64,000 nucleotides of DNA from Omnitrophica WOR_2 bacterium RIFOXYA2_FULL_38_17 (GCA_001805965.1 MHHG01000057.1:85975-149974); one strand, 5' to 3'. Counted from the first letter of the stretch, positions 49,096 through 58,847 are shown. Program-made: numbers and translations. The notes: generated by a model from the letters alone, not told the origin.

Positions 49096-49839
49096 CTAAT
49101 TACTTTTAAACTTTTCCTGTGCTTCATTATATGATTCAATGCTTCCGATATCATACCATTTTCCACTAAATCTAAATCCATAGACCTCGAACCCTTCGTG
49201 CAGCCACCTGATATAATCGCCCGCAGTATCTGACTTTTTACACTGAGCCAAATAATCCTCCACTAAATTAAGAGAATTCTTTGGCAGATAATAAAAGCAC
49301 ATAGCTATGAGAGTTGATTTAGGCTCTGCAGGCTTCTCAAAAAATGAGATTATTTTATTGCTGTCATCAATGCCTACTACTCCAAATTTTGTTGCTTCTG
49401 CCAAACTTTCAATGTCATACAAACCAATTGTAACAGCCGTTCTCTGAGACTGTGCAAAATGGATATATTCATCTAAATTGAAATCAAAAAGATTATCGCC
49501 CCCGACAACTAAAACATCATCATCGATAGATTCTTGCTTTATTGCGAATTCAATGTCTCCAATAGACCCTAATCGGTCTTCATTTGTACGCGTTCCATCA
49601 TTAACAATATTTATCTTAAAAGGAAAATCTTTTTGCTCCTCTGCCCATGACACAAAATTATTATAGAACTTATCATTAGTGATAATTATAACTTCATTAA
49701 GTTCGTTAAGACCCTTTATTCTGTCAAGAATATGGTTTGAAATAGGTTTTCCAGCAATTGGTAAAAGAGCTTTGGGGGTATCTTTTGCAACTTCTTGCAG
49801 CCTGGTCCCATAACCTGCTGCTAAAATCAATGCTTTCAT
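49096..49839 (-). CDS. Sugar-phosphate nucleotidyltransferase (NTP_transferase family)
   Basis: ALILAAGYGTRL, PKALLPI.GKP, GGDNLF, EKP, WYDIG. Confidence 0.88.
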   Translation of the reverse strand: MKALILAAGYGTRLQEVAKDTPKALLPIAGKPISNHILDRIKGLNELNEVIIITNDKFYNNFVSWAEEQKDFPFKINIVNDGTRTNEDRLGSIGDIEFAIKQESIDDDVLVVGGDNLFDFNLDEYIHFAQSQRTAVTIGLYDIESLAEATKFGVVGIDDSNKIISFFEKPAEPKSTLIAMCFYYLPKNSLNLVEDYLAQCKKSDTAGDYIRWLHEGFEVYGFRFSGKWYDIGSIESYNEAQEKFKSN

Positions 49840-49851
49840 AGTGATTTTTCC

Positions 49852-51609
49852 TTAATCATGACTCACAAACTCTGGAGCTAATCTCGCTAGTGTTTCTGAA
49901 CTTAATTGCTCAACTTCTTTACCTGTAGATAGCTCAAGAGCTTTTTCCACCATTGCTTTTGCATCGCTGAAGCTAACACTTCTAATAAGTTTCTTGATCT
50001 GTAAAATACTATTAGGTGACATACTTAGCTCGTCTATCTCCAATCCAAGCAGCATCAATGCCAATATAGGCTCGTTTGCCATTTCTCCGCACAAACTTAC
50101 TTTAATACCTGCTTTATGCGCAGACTCAACAGTCATTTTTATCAGACGTAAAACAGCAGGATGACAAGGTTCATACATTGATGCTGTTTGCTCATTAACC
50201 CTATCAACAGCCAGTGTATACTGAATAAGGTCATTTGTTCCAAGACTAAAAAAATCCGCTTCTTTTGCCAGCAAATCTGAAGTCACAGCTGCAGAAGGAA
50301 CCTCTATCATAACCCCAACCTTCATATCTTCGTTAAAAGGAATACCTGCTTTTCTTAAATCTTCCTTAACTTCATTAAGTATTAAATTAGCCCTGGTCAA
50401 TTCTCCTGGACCCGCTATCATAGGATACATCATTCTTATATTTCCATAAGCTGACGCCCTAAGAATAGCTCTTAACTGCACTTTAAAAATATCCGGTCTT
50501 TCAAAACAGAATCTAATAGCGCGCCAGCCTAATGATGCATACATATCTCTAGGTATCTGTAAGCTTGAAATAAACTTGTCTCCCCCAAGATCAAGCGTTC
50601 GAATAGTAACCGGCATTTCCCCCATGGCTTCTGTCACCATTTTATAAGCTTCAAATTGCTCATCTTCAGAAGGAAGATCAACCCTATTCATATAAAAATA
50701 CTCTGTCCTATACAAGCCAACTCCGCCAGCATTATGTTTCATCACATTATGAACTTCTTCAGGCAGCTCCAAATTACCTAGCAGTGATATTACTTTTCCA
50801 TCGTTTGTTTGAGCTTCAAGATCCTTGATCTCCATGAATTGATTTCTATATTCATGTATCCTGCTCAACTGATCTTCATATGATTTTATTGTTTCCTCAG
50901 TTGGGCTTACAACAACAAGGCCTTTTCTGCCATCAACTATAATAAAATCTTGATTCTTTATTTTCAGAGTAGCATCTTTTAAACCAACAACAGCCGGCAC
51001 TCCAAGAGATTTAGCCATAATAGCTGTATGCGATGTGCGCCCACCAATGTCAGTAGCAAAGGCTATAATGCTCTTGTTGAACATACTTGCAGTATCTGAC
51101 GGCGCCAGGTCATGACTGATAATTATCAATTGTTCAGTAATATTATCAAGTTCATGAAGCTTATCTTCATCCATCAAATTTTTCAGAACCCTCCTGCCAA
51201 CATCACTGATATCGCTCATTCTTTCTCTTAAATATTCATCCTCTATATTCATGAATATTTTCACATACTTTTTGATTACTTCTGAAAAGATGTATTCACT
51301 AGAAAGTTTTTCAGCTCTGATTCTTTTTACAACTTCTTCTACCAAAGTCCTATCTTCTAATACTAATAAATGAGCATCAAAGACTTGGGCATGCTTTCCA
51401 CCCATTTGAGCACTTATCTTTTTTTGTATAGAACAGATTTCATCGCGTGTTTTAATAAGAGCCTCTTCAAATCTAGCTATTTCTATAGGTATTTCCTTTT
51501 CCATCACAGCTCTTGGAGCTATGACAAACTCCTGTTTATCAAGGATAAATGCTGAACCAAATGCAATGCCAGGTGCGGCAGGAATACCTTTTAATATTAT
51601 TTCACTCAT
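49852..51609 (-). CDS. ptsI: PTS enzyme I (phosphoenolpyruvate-protein phosphotransferase)
   Basis: GGRTSHTAI (phospho-His), [42 protein letters not shown]; no GAF domain. Confidence 0.96.
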   Translation of the reverse strand: MSEIILKGIPAAPGIAFGSAFILDKQEFVIAPRAVMEKEIPIEIARFEEALIKTRDEICSIQKKISAQMGGKHAQVFDAHLLVLEDRTLVEEVVKRIRAEKLSSEYIFSEVIKKYVKIFMNIEDEYLRERMSDISDVGRRVLKNLMDEDKLHELDNITEQLIIISHDLAPSDTASMFNKSIIAFATDIGGRTSHTAIMAKSLGVPAVVGLKDATLKIKNQDFIIVDGRKGLVVVSPTEETIKSYEDQLSRIHEYRNQFMEIKDLEAQTNDGKVISLLGNLELPEEVHNVMKHNAGGVGLYRTEYFYMNRVDLPSEDEQFEAYKMVTEAMGEMPVTIRTLDLGGDKFISSLQIPRDMYASLGWRAIRFCFERPDIFKVQLRAILRASAYGNIRMMYPMIAGPGELTRANLILNEVKEDLRKAGIPFNEDMKVGVMIEVPSAAVTSDLLAKEADFFSLGTNDLIQYTLAVDRVNEQTASMYEPCHPAVLRLIKMTVESAHKAGIKVSLCGEMANEPILALMLLGLEIDELSMSPNSILQIKKLIRSVSFSDAKAMVEKALELSTGKEVEQLSSETLARLAPEFVSHD

Positions 51610-51875
51610 TATTTTTCCTCATCGGTCAACAATGCCTCTAGCTCATCAGCAACTATTTGCGCATCTTCACCATCAACTTCAATAACAACATCAGCACCCT
51701 TTTGTGCCCCTAAAGTCAATATGCCCATTATAGATTTACCATTCACTTTCTCTCCATTACCTTGAATGGTAACAACAGAATCATACTTCGAGACTATCTG
51801 AACGAACAATGCTGCTGGACGCGCATGTAATCCCTGTGGATTCTTAACGTTGATCTCTCTTCTAATTAGTGGCAC
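51609..51875 (-). CDS. ptsH: Phosphocarrier protein HPr
   Basis: GLHARPAA (His15), NGKSIMGIL (Ser46); GTG start. Confidence 0.95.
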   Translation of the reverse strand: MPLIRREINVKNPQGLHARPAALFVQIVSKYDSVVTIQGNGEKVNGKSIMGILTLGAQKGADVVIEVDGEDAQIVADELEALLTDEEK

Positions 51876-53117
51876 TTATCTTTTTATAACCCTGTTAGCT
51901 TCGATCAGCCTGATCAAAGCTCGATTTAATTTTGATGAATCATGTTGAACATAATCTGTTACCCCGAGCAAATCAGTTGCTACAACCCTGCATCCCATCT
52001 CTCTAATTTTTTCAATATCAGCCTTTACCGGAAATGATTCTTCAAATTGATAACGGTCTAAAGTATTTTCAGGCGCGGTAGCATTATTAATAAGACACGC
52101 ATCGATCACTTTGCTGTTGGAATGCTTAACAATTGCCTTCACATGGTCGCTTGCTGAATACCCCGTAGTTTCTCCTTTTTGAGTCATGACATTGCAAACA
52201 TATATTTTAAAAGCCGATGCTTTTGCAATTGCGTCACTCATCCCCTTAATTATCAAATTAGGAATTATACTTGTATACAGGCTGCCTGGACCAAGAATAA
52301 TTATATCCGCATCTTCTATAGCAGCAAGCGCATCTGAAGTTGGATACGCATCTTCATCCGTTAAAGAAAGCCTGTCGATCGCAACACCTTTACTTGGTAT
52401 TCTAGCCTCACCTTCCATTTTGGTCCCGTCACTATATTCAGCGATCAAATGTATATTACTAACTGTTGCAGGAACAACCTTGCCGCGAATAGCTAAAACC
52501 TTGCTTGTTTCTTTAACAGCTCTTTCAAAGTCACCATCAGTCAATTGCACCATCGCAGTTAAAAACAAGTTCCCAAAATTATGTCCCTTCAATTCAGAAT
52601 CTTTTGAAAATCTAAATTGAAAAAGCTCTCCCATAAGAGCAGGCGCATCAGCTAACGCTACAAGACAATTTCTAATATCCCCAGGAGCAACAATATTAAA
52701 TTCCTCTCGCAATCTTCCAGAAGATCCCCCGCTATCAGCAACAGTCACAATTGCAGTAATATTTGAAGTATATTCTTTTAGACCAAAAATAAGATGAGAA
52801 AGACCATGACCGCCCCCGATAGTAACTATCTTTGGGCCGCGCTCTAAATATCTTTTTTGATATAATATATTTACAAGTTCTCGTTCACCTTTAGGTAAGA
52901 ATAATGTCAAAAGAGAAACGATCATTTTACTCATACCCATAACTATAAGAATCATCCCGCACAAGATCCAAACAACGCCCAGAACGCTTACGAACTCATA
53001 TTCATTTGAGGAAAGAACAGCACCAACACCAACTATCACAACTCCCAAAAGTGATGTAAAAAACCACCTTTTTACCTTCATTCCAGGATAAAGCCATTTA
53101 AAAGGATTCTTAGGCAT
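51876..53117 (-). CDS. yvcK: YvcK/GlmR-family protein with N-terminal transmembrane segments
   Basis: IGGGHGLS, VTVADSGGSSGRLR, PGDIRNCL, GHNFGNL, GPGSLYTSIIPNL; two N-terminal hydrophobic helices. Confidence 0.9.
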   Translation of the reverse strand: MPKNPFKWLYPGMKVKRWFFTSLLGVVIVGVGAVLSSNEYEFVSVLGVVWILCGMILIVMGMSKMIVSLLTLFLPKGERELVNILYQKRYLERGPKIVTIGGGHGLSHLIFGLKEYTSNITAIVTVADSGGSSGRLREEFNIVAPGDIRNCLVALADAPALMGELFQFRFSKDSELKGHNFGNLFLTAMVQLTDGDFERAVKETSKVLAIRGKVVPATVSNIHLIAEYSDGTKMEGEARIPSKGVAIDRLSLTDEDAYPTSDALAAIEDADIIILGPGSLYTSIIPNLIIKGMSDAIAKASAFKIYVCNVMTQKGETTGYSASDHVKAIVKHSNSKVIDACLINNATAPENTLDRYQFEESFPVKADIEKIREMGCRVVATDLLGVTDYVQHDSSKLNRALIRLIEANRVIKR

Positions 53118-53119
53118 AA

Positions 53120-53596
53120 TTACAAACTCATTAGCCGGTCATCTTCTTGATCAATGATCTTTTTAATTTCTTCCTCATCCTTAGCACCTTTAAGTCTTTC
53201 TCTTACAAATTTATCCTTTAATAATCGCGATATTTTTGCTAGCGCCTTCAAATGTGGTCCCGCAGAATCAATTGGTGCCATTAATAAAAAGAATATGTGT
53301 GCAAGTTCGCCATCTAATGAATCAAAATCAATTCCTTCTTTGCTAACGCCTAAACATCCCACAAGCTGTTTTGTGCTCTTATGCTTTGCATGAGGGATTG
53401 CAATGCCTTGACCAATCGCTGTCGAACCTAGCGCTTCTCTGGCCATTAACACTTCTAAAACCTTTTTCTTGCTCTTTCTATCTATTGCATCAGTATCAAT
53501 AAGCAAATCAACTAATTCAGTTATAACCCCTTCTTTGTCTTTGGCTTTCAAATCTGCTGAAACAGCTTTTGCACTAATAAACTCTCTTATCTTCAT
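53120..53596 (-). CDS. PTS EIIA (Ntr/fructose-mannitol type)
   Basis: REALGSTAIG.GIAIPHA, GIDFDSLDG, HLKALAKISR. Confidence 0.92.
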   Translation of the reverse strand: MKIREFISAKAVSADLKAKDKEGVITELVDLLIDTDAIDRKSKKKVLEVLMAREALGSTAIGQGIAIPHAKHKSTKQLVGCLGVSKEGIDFDSLDGELAHIFFLLMAPIDSAGPHLKALAKISRLLKDKFVRERLKGAKDEEEIKKIIDQEDDRLMSL

Positions 53597-53623
53597 TTAA
53601 TAATCCTCCTAAAATGTCGTTTC

Positions 53624-53652
53624 AGTCTAATATAAATCTATAATAACTGCAA
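53624..53652 (-). promoter_or_regulatory. Putative sigma70 promoter of the PTS operon
   Basis: TTGCAG-17 bp-TAGACT, upstream of SD AGGAGG. Confidence 0.45.
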
Positions 53653-53702
53653 CTATCTTTTTTTAAAACAATTTATGACTCTTCTTAAATAAAATACTGC
53701 GC

Positions 53703-53739
53703 AATAAAATAAAGCCCATTCTCTTATAGAGACTGGGCT
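53703..53739 (-). terminator. Intrinsic terminator after the tRNA cluster
   Basis: AGCCCAGTCTCT-ATA-AGAGAATGGGCT followed by TTATTTTATT. Confidence 0.7.
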
Positions 53740-53826
53740 ATATGGCTATATATATTCACATGTTTATCTTAATATTATTAATAATTAACCTTCTTTATCA
53801 AAGGTGATCCGAGGTTAAATGATTAA

Positions 53827-53900
53827 AGCGGCGGATGGGATTCGAACCCACGACATCCACCTTGGCAAGGTGGCATTCTAGCCAACTGAATTACCGCCGC
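53827..53900 (-). tRNA. tRNA-Gly(GCC), CCA not encoded
   Basis: Acceptor GCGGCGG/CCGCCGC, anticodon arm CCACC-TTGCCAA-GGTGG, T-loop TTCGAAT. Confidence 0.96.
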
Positions 53901-53951
53901 ATTAGTTTTCAAATATTATTCAACTTGATAAATCAGAAATCAAAATGTTAG

Positions 53952-54032
53952 TGGGCGGAAGAGGACTTGAACCTCCATGCCTTGCGGCACTAGTTCCTAA
54001 GACTAGCGTGTCTACCATTTCACCATCCGCCC
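53952..54032 (-). tRNA. tRNA-Leu(TAG), long variable arm, CCA not encoded
   Basis: Acceptor GGGCGGA/TCCGCCC, CTAGT-CTTAGGA-ACTAG, variable arm TGCC-GCAA-GGCA, T-loop TTCAAGT. Confidence 0.96.
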
Positions 54033-54053
54033 TAAACTATTTGCCGCTTAAAT

Positions 54054-54129
54054 TGGTGACCCACCCGCGACTCGAACGCGGTACACCAGCCTTAAAAGGG
54101 CTGTGCTCTACCAGATGAGCTAGTGGGTC
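54054..54129 (-). tRNA. tRNA-Lys(TTT), CCA encoded
   Basis: Acceptor GACCCAC/GTGGGTC-ACCA, CAGCC-CTTTTAA-GGCTG, T-arm CCGCG-TTCGAGT-CGCGG. Confidence 0.95.
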
Positions 54130-54159
54130 ATAAATATTTTTATTAAACAAAGTTTTTCA

Positions 54160-54717
54160 TTAACTCATCAAAGCTTTGCTTTTTTCTTCCAAAAGAACAT
54201 CGATTTCTTTAATATATTTATCAATCAATTTTTGAATACTCTCGTGCGCCTTAAATCCATCATCTTCTGCAATAGCCTTATCATGCTCAAGTTTCTTTAT
54301 TTTATCGTTAGCATCTTTTCTAATTGTCCTCAATGAAATCCTTGATTGCTCAGCCATTTCTTTAACAACTTTCTGCAGCTCATGTCTTCTTTCTTCAGAA
54401 AGAGGAGGAATATTTAAACGAACCACCTTCCCATCATTAGATGGCAAAACTCCTAACTTTGAATTTGTAATCGCCTTTTCAATTTCAGGGATCACGCTTG
54501 GATCCCATGGCTGAATAAGTACTGTGCGCGGGTCAGGAATCGAAATAGAAGAAAGCTCCTTAAACATTGTAGGAGTGCCATAGTAATCAACATGTATACC
54601 TTCTATCAGACCCGGATGTGCCCTTCCTGTTCTAACTTCTGAAAATTCGCGCCTCGCCGACTCAATAGATTTCTTCATCTTTGATTCTGTCTGTTGAATA
54701 ACTTCTTTTACGATCAT
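54160..54717 (-). CDS. frr: Ribosome recycling factor
   Basis: VRTGRA.P, VDYYG.PT, IQPWD, PPLSEERR. Confidence 0.96.
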   Translation of the reverse strand: MIVKEVIQQTESKMKKSIESARREFSEVRTGRAHPGLIEGIHVDYYGTPTMFKELSSISIPDPRTVLIQPWDPSVIPEIEKAITNSKLGVLPSNDGKVVRLNIPPLSEERRHELQKVVKEMAEQSRISLRTIRKDANDKIKKLEHDKAIAEDDGFKAHESIQKLIDKYIKEIDVLLEEKSKALMS

Positions 54718-54730
54718 GTTATTACTCCTA

Positions 54731-55459
54731 TTATTGGACTATTGTTCCGATGTTTTCACCTAAAACAACTTTTTTAATATTACCTTTTTTAAGCAAATTA
54801 AAAACTAAAATAGGCAAATCATTGTCCATACACATGCTAATTGCTGTAGAATCCATGACTTTAAGATTCTGCTTTAAAACATCAATAAACTTTAACTTCT
54901 TATATTTTTTTGCCGTCTTGACTTTAACAGGATCAGCTGTGTAAATCCCATCAACCTTAGTTGCTTTTAAAATAATATCAGCTCCAATTTCATTTGCCTT
55001 TAATGAAGCTGCTGTGTCAGTAGTAAAATAAGGGTTCCCTGTACCTGCAACAAAAATAACTACTCTTCCTTTATCCAAATGATGTACAGCTCTTCTTCTA
55101 ATATATGGTTCAGCAACAGCTGCCATTGGAATAGATGTCATAACCCTGCAGCTAACTCCCGCCTGCTCAATAGCATTTTGCAAAGCCAAACCATTCAAGA
55201 CTGTTGCCAGCATACCCATATAATCAGCTACAGATCTTTCAAGCCCAAATTTCTCTGATTCAACCTGACCCCTGAATATGTTACCTGCACCGACAACAAT
55301 AGCTACTTGTACTCCCAAAGAACAAACTTCCTTAACCTGTTTTGCAATAGATGCACACATCTCAGCATCAATACCATGAGCTTTGTCACCCAAAAGGGCT
55401 TCACCGCTAAGCTTCAAAAGTATTCTTTTATAGACAGGCTTCTTTTTAGGCAATTTCAT
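54731..55459 (-). CDS. pyrH: UMP kinase
   Basis: [42 protein letters not shown]. Confidence 0.97.
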   Translation of the reverse strand: MKLPKKKPVYKRILLKLSGEALLGDKAHGIDAEMCASIAKQVKEVCSLGVQVAIVVGAGNIFRGQVESEKFGLERSVADYMGMLATVLNGLALQNAIEQAGVSCRVMTSIPMAAVAEPYIRRRAVHHLDKGRVVIFVAGTGNPYFTTDTAASLKANEIGADIILKATKVDGIYTADPVKVKTAKKYKKLKFIDVLKQNLKVMDSTAISMCMDNDLPILVFNLLKKGNIKKVVLGENIGTIVQ

Positions 55460-55976
55460 TTACCTTGTATTTAGTGAAACGGCTAACATAAATATTTTCG
55501 CCAATACTTGCAATAAGATCTGTAATCAAGGTCTTAACAGATTTTTTTGGATCTTTAATAAAAGGCTGCTCTAAAAGACATGATTCCTTGATAAAAGCAT
55601 TAGGATCCTTCTGCTCTGCTAAAACTTCCTCAGGAATGTCCTCTTTTTTAATATATTTTGGATTTGCCGCGACTATTTGCATTGCAATGTCTTTTGTTAA
55701 AGCAACAAAATCTTCATTTTTAGCGACAAAATCTGTTTCGCAGTTAACTTCTAAAATTACACCAACCTTGTTTCCTTGGTGTATATATGTTTCAATCCTT
55801 CCTTCTTTTGCCTCGCGGCTTCCTTTTTTAGCAGCTATTTCAAGTCCTCTTTTTTGAAGGATCTTTTTGGCTTTGTCAAAATCGCCACCCGCTTCTTCAA
55901 GAGCATTCTTACATTCAATAACTCCGCATGAAGTCATTTCTCTCAGCTCTTTAATATTATCTACTGTAATTGCCAT
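55446..55976 (-). CDS. tsf: Elongation factor Ts, short form
   Basis: [42 protein letters not shown]. Start set at ATG 55976 after SD GAGGAG. Confidence 0.95.
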   Translation of the reverse strand: MAITVDNIKELREMTSCGVIECKNALEEAGGDFDKAKKILQKRGLEIAAKKGSREAKEGRIETYIHQGNKVGVILEVNCETDFVAKNEDFVALTKDIAMQIVAANPKYIKKEDIPEEVLAEQKDPNAFIKESCLLEQPFIKDPKKSVKTLITDLIASIGENIYVSRFTKYKVNEIA

Positions 55977-56028
55977 CTTCAACTCCTCTATTCTTACTCA
56001 ATTTTTTTCAATATTTACTCTTAACAAA

Positions 56029-56811
56029 CTATTCCGCCTTTTGTGCCTCAGGAACAACTGCAACCTTTTCCTTAGATTCTACTACAGGTGCCGGTTTTGC
56101 TTCTTTCTTAACAAGATCACTAGACAAGAACTCTTTTCTTCCATCAATTATACTCTGAGAAACCAATGAAGTAATTACCCTAATAGATTTCAAAGCGTCG
56201 TCATTTCCAGGTATTGGAAAATCAATAACCTCTGGATCACAGTTTGTATCTACTATAGCAATTATCGGGATTTTGAGTTTTATAGCTTCTTTGACAGCAA
56301 TATCTTCTTTCTTTGGATCAACTATAAAAATCAGATCAGGCTGTTCTTGCATATCACGTATTCCGCCAAGGTCCCGAAGAAGCCTTTCTTTTTCTTTGTC
56401 CAAACGGCAGGTCTCTTTCTTCTTAAGATTTTCCCAAATGCCGTTTTCCTTCATATTTTCAATTTCTTCAAGTCGACGAATAGACCCTTTTACTGTTTTA
56501 TAATTAGTTAAAAGACCACCAAGCCATCTATTCTTAACATAGTACATACCAGACTTTTTTGCTTCTTCTTCAACAATAATCTGTGCTTGTTTTTTTGTCC
56601 CGACAAAAAGAACTTTGCCTCCCTTTGCTGCAATATCTCTCGCAAAAACACAAGCCGCATCTATACATTGAGACGTTTTTTCAAGGTCAATGATATATAT
56701 ACCACTTCTTTGCCCAAAAATATACGGTTTCATTTTTGGATTCCATCGCTTCTTTTGATGCCCAAAATGGACACCCGCTTCTAATAATTTTTTAATCAAT
56801 TCTTCTACCAT
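56029..56811 (-). CDS. rpsB: 30S ribosomal protein S2
   Basis: LLEAGVHFGH...WNPKM, LFVGTKKQA, RWLGG.LTN, DTNCDP, IPGNDDA. Confidence 0.98.
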   Translation of the reverse strand: MVEELIKKLLEAGVHFGHQKKRWNPKMKPYIFGQRSGIYIIDLEKTSQCIDAACVFARDIAAKGGKVLFVGTKKQAQIIVEEEAKKSGMYYVKNRWLGGLLTNYKTVKGSIRRLEEIENMKENGIWENLKKKETCRLDKEKERLLRDLGGIRDMQEQPDLIFIVDPKKEDIAVKEAIKLKIPIIAIVDTNCDPEVIDFPIPGNDDALKSIRVITSLVSQSIIDGRKEFLSSDLVKKEAKPAPVVESKEKVAVVPEAQKAE

Positions 56812-56831
56812 GTTTCCTCCGTGAATAAGTT

Positions 56832-56890
56832 CAATTTTATGTTTCTTTTGCTCTTATTAGCAGAACAAATCCGCATAAAATTGTTTGTTA
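56832..56890 (-). promoter_or_regulatory. Structured rpsB 5' leader (candidate S2 autogenous operator)
   Basis: CAATTTTATG/CATAAAATTG 10-bp stem, internal loop, TTTGTTCT/AGAGCAAA stem; lies between the promoter and SD GGAGG. Confidence 0.6.
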
Positions 56891-56909
56891 ATAAATTTTG
56901 AATGCAGCT

Positions 56910-56938
56910 AGTATACCCAATAATTATTTTTTTTGCAA
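56910..56938 (-). promoter_or_regulatory. sigma70 promoter of the rpsB operon
   Basis: TTGCAA-17 bp-TATACT with an A/T-rich UP-like region upstream. Confidence 0.7.
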
Positions 56939-56993
56939 CCTTTTATTTTAAAAATAGTAAAAAAAAGTTAATAAATAATAGGATTAATAAATA

Positions 56994-58787
56994 CTATACT
57001 TTGAATTGAATTTCATGAAGTTTTTTATAAAGAGGACAACTTTTTAATAGAGTATCATGTTTTCCAATACCTTCAATACGCCCTTCATTAAGAACTACTA
57101 TTTTATCTGCTTTAATAACAGTAGCCAACCTGTGAGCTATTGCAACGACGGTTCTTCCCTGCATAAGTTTATCTAAAGCCTCCTGAACGAACCTTTCAGA
57201 TTCAGAGTCAAGCTGAGAAGTTGCCTCATCTAATATCAAAATAGGAGGATTTGCTAAAATGGCACGGGCAATGCATATTCTTTGCTTTTCCCCGCCTGAA
57301 AGCCTGAAGCCCCGGTCTCCGACTATAGTATCATAACCTTCCGGCATCTTCTCGATAAACATATGTGCAAATGCTTTATGCGCAGCAGCTTCGATCTCTT
57401 CCTGTGATGCCTCATGATAACCATATGCAATATTTGCCCTAACTGTATCGTTAAAAAGAATACTCTCCTGCGTGACAATTCCAAATTGTTTCCTTAGTGA
57501 ATGAAAGCTAGCCTTTTTAATATCAATACCATCCATCTTAACTACTCCATTTACTGGGTCATAAAATCTTGGCATTAAATTAACTAAAGTCGTTTTTCCT
57601 GTACCTGTTGGGCCAACTATAGCAACTATTTCACCCTTCTTGATTTCCAGATTAACACCTTTTAAAACAATCTCTGACTCATTCCCATAATAAAAATCAA
57701 TATTTTCCATAACTATAGCATCACTTAACTCTTCTAACTCTATAAAATCTTCCACCTCTTTTACAGAGGGCTCTTCATCAAGCACGGCATATATCCTCTC
57801 ATTAGCAGCTAAAGCCTGCTGGATCAAAGCATTAACATTTCCCAGTTTTTTCATTGGCGAAATAATCGACATTATAGAGCCAAAGAATAAAATAAACACG
57901 CCAAATGAAAGCGCCCCATCCATAACACTGCGTCCAATAAGAAATATAATTGCAACTCCGCAGACTGCCCCAAATAATTCGGTTAAAGGTGCGATTACTA
58001 TCGTTCTTTTAAGCGATTTCATTTTAATTTTATAGAATCCATGATTTTCACTTTTAAACCTTTTTGTCTCATAATCCTCGTTGCCAAAAGCCTTAACAAC
58101 CCTTACCCCTGAAATAGTCTCAAGTAATAATGAATTTATATCCGCCATTTTCTCCTGGTGACTTTTAGAAAGTTTTCGAAGCTTTTTCCCTATCTGGTTA
58201 ATAGGAATGCCTATAAAAGGAAATACCACAAAAAGCACTAGCGCCGCTTGTGGATAGATCATAAATGCAATTACCACATAAATTACTATTAAGAATACAG
58301 ATTTACAAAGGTCTGTCAATCCGTAAGATACAGCATTTTCTATCATGTTAACATCATTGGTTATTCTGGAAACTAGCTCCCCAGTACGTTTTTGGCTAAA
58401 ATAATCCAGTGAAAGATGTTGGATTTTTTCATAAAGGTTTGACCGAACATCCCTTATAACTCTCTGAGATACATCACCCATAAGATATTGATGAGCAAAT
58501 ACAAAAATATGTTTAATCAGCAAAGCAACAATCACAACAATAGGAAAAATCCAGAACATTGTCTGAGGTTCAATATTGTTCAGCTTATCAACAAAATCAC
58601 TAATAAATCGGGGTAAATTACCAGGTACGGCAATTTTCTTATTATTGAAAATGCGATCGGTCATAGGAACCAATAAGGATAACTGGAACCCTTCAAAAAT
58701 ACTCGCAACAAACATAGTGAAAACTGCTGTTGAAAATAGTCTTCTATGGTCCTTTAAAAAGCTTAATAATTTAAGATAATTTTTCAT
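56994..58787 (-). CDS. msbA: MsbA-like lipid A flippase (ABC half-transporter)
   Basis: N-terminal TM domain (RTGELVSRITNDV), GPTGTGKTT, LSGGEKQR, ILDEATS.LD, IAHRL; divergent from gnnA-like/lpxB. Confidence 0.82.
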   Translation of the reverse strand: MKNYLKLLSFLKDHRRLFSTAVFTMFVASIFEGFQLSLLVPMTDRIFNNKKIAVPGNLPRFISDFVDKLNNIEPQTMFWIFPIVVIVALLIKHIFVFAHQYLMGDVSQRVIRDVRSNLYEKIQHLSLDYFSQKRTGELVSRITNDVNMIENAVSYGLTDLCKSVFLIVIYVVIAFMIYPQAALVLFVVFPFIGIPINQIGKKLRKLSKSHQEKMADINSLLLETISGVRVVKAFGNEDYETKRFKSENHGFYKIKMKSLKRTIVIAPLTELFGAVCGVAIIFLIGRSVMDGALSFGVFILFFGSIMSIISPMKKLGNVNALIQQALAANERIYAVLDEEPSVKEVEDFIELEELSDAIVMENIDFYYGNESEIVLKGVNLEIKKGEIVAIVGPTGTGKTTLVNLMPRFYDPVNGVVKMDGIDIKKASFHSLRKQFGIVTQESILFNDTVRANIAYGYHEASQEEIEAAAHKAFAHMFIEKMPEGYDTIVGDRGFRLSGGEKQRICIARAILANPPILILDEATSQLDSESERFVQEALDKLMQGRTVVAIAHRLATVIKADKIVVLNEGRIEGIGKHDTLLKSCPLYKKLHEIQFKV

Positions 58788-58796
58788 AATTGCGCG

Positions 58797-58825
58797 ATAA
58801 TAGCATACTGATTGACTTTTGTCGA
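58797..58825 (-). promoter_or_regulatory. Putative sigma70 promoter for msbA (extended -10)
   Basis: TCGACA-17 bp-TATTAT, with TG-C before the -10; ATG 9 nt downstream of the -10. Confidence 0.55.
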
Positions 58826-58840
58826 GGTCTTTGTTATTGT
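58812..58840 (+). promoter_or_regulatory. Putative sigma70 promoter for gnnA-like/lpxB (extended -10)
   Basis: TTGACT-17 bp-TATTGT, with TG-T before the -10; ATG 7 nt downstream of the -10. Confidence 0.55.
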
Positions 58841-58847
58841 GTTTACC

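Noticed and set aside
53597-54159. tRNA cluster as an island integration site
   Set aside because: I found no duplicated tRNA 3' end in the window and no integrase nearby; flanking genes are core. The AATCCCCCAT near 12936 only loosely resembles the tRNA-Gly end.
243-58779. Many 60-145 aa ORFs overlapping the main genes
   Set aside because: All lie within or across well-conserved genes and show no motifs; expected shadow ORFs.
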